Below, one piece after another: positions 61,101 through 64,000 of a stretch of DNA of 64,000 nt. Position 1 is the first letter of the stretch; the number at the start of each line of letters is the position of its first letter. Below the pieces are notes generated by a model. It did no database searches, was not told the DNA's origin, and saw nothing but the letters and a program-made list of their open reading frames with translations. The position numbers were made by a program, and so were the translations under genes. Source of the DNA: Veleropilina oligotropha (Eukaryota); assembly GCA_048128005.1 (NCBI GenBank), contig JBEUKZ010000131.1:62001-126000 (forward strand). The letters are read 5' to 3'.

Positions 61101-64000
61101 CTATACCAGCTAAACAAAAGCCTATTTTCACGAAGGTATCTTTCATGGAATATAATTAATTTCATGTCTTCTGAATGTAATTTTTGATAAGCTATTACCA
61201 TTTCTTTTTCTTCTTCGAAATATTTGGATAAATGAGGTGTTGAGATTACAACACGTCACATTCATATGTTTTGTGTTTAATAATTGAGTTTTGACAACCA
61301 AGTTTTACTCGATCATGATTAAAACTTTTCTTTTTAAACCGTGTATCCATCATTTAAAGTTTCTATATCTGACTGTGGCCGAAGCCTTATTAGAATGAAA
61401 TAATTTGATTTGAAATTATCATTTTGTGGTAAAAAGACCTGTATTATTTCGATGCAATTGAACGAACACTGTCTATTTCAGCCAATTCAAGATACCTTCA
61501 GCAAGGAAGGTGACAAAGTGACTTTTGAATGCCGAATTGAAGGTCGACCTGAACCAATCGTTAAGTGGTACAGAGAAGGCGTGGTCATTCAGAGCTCCCC
61601 GGACTACCAGATTACAAACTACGACAACCGATCAACGCTGACCATCATGGAAGTATTCCAAGAAGATACCGGAAACTTCCAGTGTGTAGCAACAAACGGC
61701 GGAGGTACGGTGATGACGGAAGCTTTCCTGAAAGTGGACAAGAAAGGCAAAGAAGCTCCACCCAAACCACCAAGCTTACCAGTTGTGTCTGCCAAGGAGA
61801 AACCAATGTTTACCCAGGTCAGTGGTGAAACCTATGAATAAATTTCTTATAAAAGTGAAACTGAAAAACAGACGATACATGAGGCATATGTCTCCGTGCT
61901 TTGTTATGAATGGAATATTTAATGTTTAAAAGGCTACATCTGAATGACGCCATTAACTCACACGAATCCAATTGCATTGACGGAATAGTTACTTGTCTTG
62001 CCAAGATAAGTCATATGTACAAAGAGTTTATTCGTAGTCTTATGAATATATTTTGCTTTCAGACAATCCAAGACACCTACGCCAAGGAGGGCGATAAGGT
62101 GACGTTTGAGTGCCACGTGGTGGGCCGCCCGGAGCCCGTCGTCAAGTGGTTCCGCGAGGGCACACTCATCCAGCACTCACCAGACTACCATGTGTCTTTC
62201 AATAACGGAATTTCCACCCTAATAATCATGGAAGTGTTCCCAGAAGATTCAGGGAAATTCAAGTGTACCGCCACAAATGCCAGTGGTGGAACGACAACAG
62301 AGGCAAACCTGAGGGTTGAACGTAAGTATCTTGTCTTTTTCGAGACTGATTTGCATTTTTATTCACAAAAGTTTTACACACATTAAACAGTTTTCATAAT
62401 TGGGTATTTTTCTACTTCTAAGCTTATATATGGTATTATATTTTTCAAAAATGAAATTGTTATTGCTATGCTGATTGTTAAGAAAGGCTATTTATTGTCC
62501 ATAGCATTTCTTATATTTGAAATTACTTTGCGGGAATTCTTTTACAATTTTCTGTCCACCTCAAAAGTACTTAATTTTTATGCCCCCACAAACGAAGTTT
62601 GGGGGGGGGGCATATAGGAGTCTGCTTGTCCGTCCGTCTGTCTGTTCCAAATTCCCTTCCGCTCCGAATCTCGATACTATTTGACCGAGGGACACGAAAC
62701 TTGATGTGCACATGCGTCATAACCCAAAGGTGTGTCGTGTACTGAAAGTAGGTCACCGCGACCTACTTTTCATGCTTGACTGCACTTAATCCACAATTCT
62801 CTTCCGCTTTGTATCTCCGATACTATTTGACCGAGGGACACGAAACTTGATGTGCACATGCGTCATAACCCAAAGGTGTGTCGCGTACTGAAAGTAGGTC
62901 ACTGCGACCTACTTTTCGGACTTGACCGCATTTGGTCCAAAATTTCCTTCCGCTCCATATGATATCTCCCATACTATTTGACCGAGGGACACGAAACTTG
63001 ATGTGTGTATCCATCATAACCCAAACGTGTGTCTCGTACCAAAAGTAGGTCACCGCGACCTACTTTTCACGCTTAACCACATTTAGTCCGAAATGCCCTT
63101 CCGCTTCATATTTCCCATGCTATTTGACAGAGGGACTAGAAATTTGATGTGTTCATGCGTCATAACTGAAAGGTATGACGCGTACCTAAAGTAGGGCGCC
63201 ACGACCTACTTTTCACACTTGACCACATTCAGTCTAAAGATCCGTTCTGCTCCATATCTCCCATACTATTGGACCGAAGGACATGAAACTTTATGTGTGT
63301 ATGCAGCAGCCTGTTCCTGGGTCAAACGCTTTCGTTGGGGCATGTGATCAATCCTGTGATAGCTCTAGTTTTATTGCAAACTAGCTGAATTGAGCTACCT
63401 TCGGGAGCTCTAATTCAGCGTCGTGGGGCCTGCGACCCCAAGTGGAGGGGCTTCGCCCCTCATATTAATTGACAATTTTTGCTTTATTTTGCGGCAACTA
63501 CAAATTGCATAAAGTTGGCAAAATTTATATTTTCGCCTAAAATTAAATATGAAAAAATTGGGGGGGGGATTTTTTACTTCAAAATTTAATTTTTTTTGGC
63601 GGCCAAGACCACCCCCTGGGTACCCTTAGTTGACATGCAAACTTTGGTGAGGATCGGCCCAGTGGTTACGGAGGAGATAGCGGACAGACAGACAGACAGA
63701 CAGACAGATAGACAGACTCTACTCTTTTATATATAGAGATTATTTGGGTGTTTTGATGAAACAAAGCTGATATCTACATTACTGATATGTTTTATTTTGC
63801 TATAGCGGCGACTGAAGAGTCTACGCCTTCGTCCCGATCCTCGGTTACCTCTCCTAGTATTGTGCCACAACAGCGATTGGCCCCTTTTCTGCCGCTGCAG
63901 ATGACGGCCCCTAGGTTCCTGGAACCCTTGCATAACACCAGGCTTATGGAGGAGACCAACGCCATCTTAGAATGCAAAGTGATGGCCAAGCCATTCCCAC
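7999..64000 (+). CDS. Giant spectrin-repeat plus Ig-domain muscle protein gene (CCDC141/zormin-like N-terminus, titin/Sallimus/kettin-like Ig region), multi-exon, incomplete at 3' end
   Basis: 39 exon positions join in one frame with GT-AG introns (one junction ambiguous). Helical spectrin-like repeats run to ~46144, then at least 12 I-set Ig domains (PxF..., G.P.P.V.WY, D.G.Y.C.A.N..G). Confidence 0.92.
8831..9721 (+). mobile_element. Non-autonomous TIR DNA transposon (hAT-like) with relic zinc-finger transposase N-terminus
   Basis: TIRs catggttcgcacaa / ttgtacgaaccatg; subterminal (agtccttgaa) repeats at both ends; 9353-9510 translates FNRNWL...W...CALCNKTIDIAKMGERALKLH. Confidence 0.7.
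9837..10021. repeat. 10-bp tandem repeat (TCCATGATTA)x18
   Basis: Perfect copies read directly. Confidence 0.98.
11644..11862. repeat. ~44-bp minisatellite, 5 copies
   Basis: Unit ccagtatatgcccattacccattatattgggtatacccagtgta with minor variants. Confidence 0.92.
12729..17400. repeat. 22-bp satellite (CTTCAGATCCTATATGAACACC), ~210 copies, in intron 1
   Basis: Continuous array with recurrent variants cagGtcc and tatatTaac. Confidence 0.98.
18115..18370 (+). mobile_element. tRNA-derived SINE
   Basis: B-box GGTTCGAATC at ~18182. Body and 3' end (ggacatgtcctgccttgaacct...gttgtaaatatacagga...ttaagcatca) are shared with 21805-22020. Confidence 0.7.
18937..19390. repeat. 30-bp minisatellite (CCAAACTCTCAGCCAATGGTCGACCTGTTC)x15
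   Basis: Near-perfect copies; explains the repetitive ORFs at 18890-19435. Confidence 0.98.
20905..21196 (+). repeat. Degenerate tandem copies of the exon-2 acceptor and exon start
   Basis: tttcag|agca.. recurs with AG ending at 20918, 21071 and 21120 (plus one AG-mutated copy at ~20990) before the true site at 21196. Confidence 0.85.
21197..21319 (+). CDS. Exon 2 (SSEWIRVRVHQMEPDLMEVGASFEEATQLCKEHEELMAKLQ)
   Basis: tttcag| ... CAG|gtaggt, 123 nt, phase 0-0. Confidence 0.88.
21320..21720 (+). repeat. 38-bp tandem copies of the exon-2 end and donor
   Basis: actacag|gtaggtcattagatggcaccgttcacat recurs with donors at 21320, 21358, 21396 and 21434; a further diverged copy at ~21636. Confidence 0.9.
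21805..22020 (+). mobile_element. tRNA-derived SINE
   Basis: A-box-like ggcagcgcagtgg, B-box-like ggttcaatacc, ggtttcctccc motif; same 3' end as the 18115 copy. Confidence 0.72.
23960..24203 (+). mobile_element. Short HINE/MITE-like element (copies at ~31140-31290 and ~50415-50590)
   Basis: ttatgcc..caatttattggggtggc.tttagattta, (GTCC)n, ...ggggcattcgtgtcc..tggaca..tttctag shared among three copies. Confidence 0.7.
25838..27702 (+). mobile_element. HINE-like element with ~180-bp internal tandem repeats and a C-rich insert
   Basis: 5' atgccccctg...cagggggcat; repeated tataagtatgaactatcatgagttcgaat units 25970-27040; 3' ccggggggcat...tttctagttt. Confidence 0.6.
28480..29427 (+). repeat. Pyrimidine-rich array derived from the exon-3 acceptor region
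   Basis: Copies of tttcag|tccaagcagggccaggtgtc at ~28541, ~28683 and ~29347, separated by ctcttgtccg(t/a)tgtctgat units. Confidence 0.85.
29428..29619 (+). CDS. Exon 3 (SKQGQVSELLARAD...VYAAMADTLGEAWKDL...AQD)
   Basis: tttcag| ... GAT|gtaagt, 192 nt, phase 0-0. Confidence 0.92.
30131..30239 (+). CDS. Exon 4, spectrin-like
   Basis: ttccag|TTC... AAA G|gtaagg, 109 nt, phase 0-1. Confidence 0.9.
30855..31099 (+). CDS. Exon 5, spectrin-like
   Basis: ctacag|GT ATT... AAG|gtagga, 245 nt, phase 1-0; ELWSQRKLRLEQCLQL. Confidence 0.92.
31425..32422. mobile_element. Non-autonomous piggyBac-like element
   Basis: TTAA|CCCTTA ... TAAGGG|TTAA ends; no transposase ORF. Confidence 0.65.
32651..32770 (+). 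CDS. Exon 6, spectrin-like (ILEWF...ELGDSVTSAQYILQEHQQFEIQAK)
   Basis: ttatag| ... AAG|gtaggc, 120 nt, phase 0-0. Confidence 0.9.
33225..33416 (+). CDS. Exon 7, spectrin-like
   Basis: ttgcag| ... TCG|gtgagt, 192 nt, phase 0-0. Confidence 0.92.
33417..33552 (+). repeat. ~35-bp tandem copies of the exon-7 end and donor
   Basis: ttcttcaaccaagcacaatc(g/a)|gtgagt repeated 3-4 times with decay. Confidence 0.85.
33735..34780 (+). mobile_element. HINE-like element with ~150-bp internal repeats
   Basis: (GGCGTC)-type microsatellite at ~33774; repeated catatttggtatacaccttgt...ggtcaaaggtcaaggtcattttcgtgtatt units. Confidence 0.6.
34845..35042 (+). CDS. Exon 8, spectrin-like
   Basis: ttgcag| ... AAG|gtcagt, 198 nt, phase 0-0. 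Confidence 0.9.
35475..35588 (+). CDS. Exon 9 (VKELQERCSHLEQL...QERYTT)
   Basis: ttcaag| ... ACG|gtgagt, 114 nt, phase 0-0. Confidence 0.88.
35745..35875 (-). mobile_element. Degenerate SINE fragment
   Basis: Minus strand reads gggttcaataccc (B-box-like) ... ccctttggcaagg ... tgggtacctgg. Confidence 0.4.
35960..36082 (+). CDS. Exon 10, spectrin-like (FQTWI...DLGTNLASAKDFLERHEQL)
   Basis: tttcag| ... AGG|gtgagt, 123 nt, phase 0-0. Confidence 0.9.
36259..36450 (+). CDS. Exon 11, spectrin-like
   Basis: catcag| ... CAG|gtaggt, 192 nt, phase 0-0. Confidence 0.9.
36451..36812 (+). repeat. 39-bp tandem array seeded by the exon-11 donor
   Basis: First unit repeats ccacaagcaatgcctccag|gtaggtgta; ~9 units drifting to gagtaggtgtacgagtctc.ttgagcaaactatgtcgct. 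Confidence 0.9.
37271..37441 (+). CDS. Exon 12
   Basis: cttcag| ... ACA|gtaagt, 171 nt, phase 0-0. Confidence 0.88.
37763..37942 (+). CDS. Exon 13
   Basis: gcgcag| ... CGG|gtaggc, 180 nt, phase 0-0. Confidence 0.88.
38716..38841 (+). CDS. Exon 14a (putative mutually exclusive)
   Basis: ttgcag|ACC ... AAG|gtaacg, 126 nt, phase 0-0; TIDSIMTIENDFFPLICADVGTSAAADALYQTRLDEFTPTAK. Confidence 0.8.
39136..39264 (+). CDS. Exon 14b (putative mutually exclusive; absent from ORF track)
   Basis: ttgtag|ACG ... CAG|gtattg, 129 nt, phase 0-0; TIDWVMSAEKELFLPYMAGYLGNTLERAKELQVKLDNFGPTVQ. Confidence 0.82.
39425..40858 (+). mobile_element. HINE-like element with a second element nested at ~39829-40492
   Basis: Outer inverted ends tggctcgcatgca / tgcatgcgagcca plus 3' hairpin gagctttagctc. 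Its ~180-bp unit is interrupted by a copy of the family at 62575-63372. Confidence 0.65.
41451..41639 (+). CDS. Exon 15, spectrin-like
   Basis: ttccag| ... CAG|gtacga, 189 nt, phase 0-0. Confidence 0.9.
42079..42255 (+). CDS. Exon 16, spectrin-like
   Basis: ttgtag| ... CAG|gtgaga, 177 nt, phase 0-0; ELPTDVVRAESMLEEH. Confidence 0.9.
42256..42970 (+). repeat. 55-60-bp tandem array of the exon-16 end and donor
   Basis: About 12 copies of gagtgcgacagcag|gtgagaacagaggtg. Confidence 0.93.
43245..43394 (+). CDS. Exon 17
   Basis: ttccag| ... CAG|gtcagc, 150 nt, phase 0-0. Confidence 0.9.
43516..43638 (+). CDS. Exon 18, spectrin-like (YGNSLSAAKMTSQAFKQFE)
   Basis: tcgcag| ... CAG|gtgagg, 123 nt, phase 0-0. 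Confidence 0.9.
43768..43866. repeat. Palindromic (hairpin) element
   Basis: tttgatacgtatgtttatcctgt ... acaggataaacgtatgtatcaaa inverted arms. Confidence 0.7.
44781..44972 (+). CDS. Exon 19, spectrin-like
   Basis: tcgcag| ... GAG|gtaagc, 192 nt, phase 0-0; HYDSQHI...LRNKWSTF. Confidence 0.92.
45361..45544 (+). CDS. Exon 20
   Basis: ctttag| ... TAC G|gtacat, 184 nt, phase 0-1. Confidence 0.88.
46026..46144 (+). CDS. Exon 21, end of helical region
   Basis: ttgcag|GC ... GAG|gtgaga, 119 nt, phase 1-0. Confidence 0.87.
46481..46611 (+). CDS. Exon 22, linker and start of Ig1
   Basis: ttacag| ... AG|gtgagc, 131 nt, phase 0-2; PPRIIQHLKNAEVMEGS. Confidence 0.9.
46905..47125 (+). CDS. Exon 23, Ig1
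   Basis: tttcag|G ... AAA G|gtacgt, 221 nt, phase 2-1. Confidence 0.92.
47505..47801 (+). CDS. Exon 24, Ig2
   Basis: ttgcag|AA ... ATA T|gtaaga, 297 nt, phase 1-1. Confidence 0.92.
48133..48590 (+). mobile_element. Degenerate CR1-type LINE 3' fragment
   Basis: VRPHLEYAVQAWSP..KDI..LE..RRATK, then after a frameshift TRGH, FFSNRVVDEWNSLP, FKNRID; in-frame stop present. Confidence 0.88.
49103..49257 (+). CDS. Exon 25, Ig3 first half
   Basis: tttcag|CT ... AAG|gtatga, 155 nt, phase 1-0. Confidence 0.9.
49328..49427. repeat. 24-bp tandem repeat x4
   Basis: ttttatctgtgggtgcagcgatgg. Confidence 0.93.
49548..49696 (+). CDS. Exon 26, Ig3 second half
   Basis: ttccag| ... GC|gtgagt, 149 nt, phase 0-2. 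Confidence 0.9.
50138..50276 (+). CDS. Exon 27, Ig4 first part
   Basis: tttcag|C ... GAG|gttggt, 139 nt, phase 2-0. Confidence 0.9.
50809..50989 (+). CDS. Exon 28, Ig4 second part
   Basis: ccacag| ... GAA C|gtgagt, 181 nt, phase 0-1. Confidence 0.92.
50990..51172 (+). repeat. ~55-bp tandem copies of the exon-28 end and donor (continues at 52359-52480)
   Basis: ccac(g/a)tggaac|gtgag recurs at ~51050, 51108 and 51158; gtgatg.cgaacac.agtag units resume after the transposon. Confidence 0.85.
51173..52358. mobile_element. Non-autonomous Tc1/mariner/pogo-like element
   Basis: TA|CAGTGGATTCCACTTA ... TAAGTGGAATCCACTG|TA: 16-bp perfect TIR and TA duplication. Confidence 0.88.
52746..52930 (+). CDS. 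Exon 29, Ig5 first part
   Basis: ttgcag|CC ... CAG|gtaatt, 185 nt, phase 1-0. Confidence 0.92.
53032..54216 (+). mobile_element. HINE-like element
   Basis: 5' gtatcccccg...cgggggatac; internal repeats (caagatggccgctgtggcctcc); 3' ccgggggatac ... gtcactcatgac ... tctagttt. Related fragment at 25330-25785. Confidence 0.6.
54582..54887 (+). CDS. Exon 30, end of Ig5, Thr-rich linker, start of Ig6
   Basis: atacag| ... AAG|gttagc, 306 nt, phase 0-0. Confidence 0.9.
55244..55464 (+). CDS. Exon 31, Ig6 second part (3' boundary uncertain)
   Basis: ccacag|GTG. The next exon needs phase 2; best fit is AT|gcaagt (GC donor), alternatives under findings. Confidence 0.75.
55758..55891. repeat. ~134-bp imperfect palindrome (MITE-like hairpin)
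   Basis: gttgtc...aatacg.tggattgaatacc...gttaaaccac | ggcgctagcgcc | gtggtttaac...ggtattcaatcca.cgtatt...gacaac. Confidence 0.85.
55970..56271 (+). CDS. Exon 32, linker and start of Ig7
   Basis: cttcag|C ACA ... ACT G|gtatgc, 302 nt, phase 2-1. Confidence 0.88.
56452..56649 (+). CDS. Exon 33, Ig7
   Basis: ttacag|GC ... AAA G|gtgagt, 198 nt, phase 1-1. Confidence 0.92.
57274..57561 (+). CDS. Exon 34, Ig8
   Basis: tttcag|CA ... GAC A|gtaagt, 288 nt, phase 1-1. Confidence 0.92.
57670..58098 (+). mobile_element. Non-autonomous Helitron
   Basis: 5' A|TCTATACTA; subterminal hairpin acccgtcgaagacgggt 58071-58087; 3' CTAG|T. Confidence 0.8.
58116..59310. mobile_element. Possible degenerate TIR element inserted in (TA)n
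   Basis: Left cagggcacgaaatgt..cgcctgtc versus right gacaggcgtacattttgagcac; cctgtc/gacagg repeats at both ends; TA runs on both sides. Confidence 0.45.
59728..60104 (+). CDS. Exon 35, Pro/Glu/Lys-rich (PEVK-like) linker
   Basis: ctgtag|AA ... AAG|gtatga, 377 nt, phase 1-0. Confidence 0.88.
60428..61135 (+). CDS. Exon 36, Ig9 plus 8x 18-aa PEVK-like repeat
   Basis: tttcag| ... AAG|gtatct, 708 nt, phase 0-0; KKATPKPVYEPVIPAQEA repeats. Confidence 0.92.
61482..61817 (+). CDS. Exon 37, Ig10
   Basis: tttcag| ... CAG|gtcagt, 336 nt, phase 0-0. Confidence 0.92.
62063..62321 (+). CDS. Exon 38, Ig11
   Basis: tttcag| ... GAA C|gtaagt, 259 nt, phase 0-1. Confidence 0.92.
62575..63372 (+). mobile_element. 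HINE-like element with ~145-bp internal repeats
   Basis: 5' atgcccccac...ggggcat; gagggacacgaaacttgatgtg units; 3' ggggcat..atca...tgat..ctagttt. Same family as 39829-40492. Confidence 0.65.
63381..63739 (-). mobile_element. Non-autonomous Helitron, relative of the 57670 copy
   Basis: Minus strand starts TCTCTATATATA..., has (TCTG)n, shares ccgatc..caccaaa.tt.gcatgt.aactaagggta, and ends in hairpin gagct...agctc plus CTAG. Confidence 0.72.
63806..64000 (+). CDS. Exon 39 (partial), linker and start of Ig12
   Basis: ctatag|CG, phase 1; APRFLEPLHNTRLMEETNAILECKVMAKPFP; open to the window end. Confidence 0.88.

Overview
AT-rich, intron-rich animal DNA. The repeat families suggest a lophotrochozoan, probably a mollusc (inference). 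The window holds the 5' ~56 kb of one giant plus-strand muscle gene, starting at ATG 7999 and running off the right edge. I traced 39 coding exon positions by hand using splice sites and phase continuity (~2,660 aa so far). The protein has a CCDC141/zormin-like N-terminus, ~1,110 aa of spectrin-like repeats, then at least 12 I-set Ig domains with Pro/Glu/Val/Lys-rich linkers, as in titin/Sallimus/kettin. Main observations: (1) at least eight splice junctions on seven exons are copied as tandem 'echo' arrays decaying into the intron, creating stacks of decoy donors or acceptors; (2) an apparent pair of mutually exclusive exons lies at 38716-38841 and 39136-39264; (3) the junction near 55465 needs a GC donor, a weak GT donor or an 8-nt microexon, or else ends a short isoform; (4) there are three recently duplicated Ig exons and a 54-bp coding PEVK-like minisatellite. 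Upstream and intronic DNA contains a young 5'-truncated L2/CR1-type LINE, a CR1 fragment, tRNA-derived SINEs, non-autonomous Helitron/Helentron-like, pogo/Tc1-like, piggyBac-like and hAT-like elements, and several satellites, including a 4.7-kb 22-bp array.
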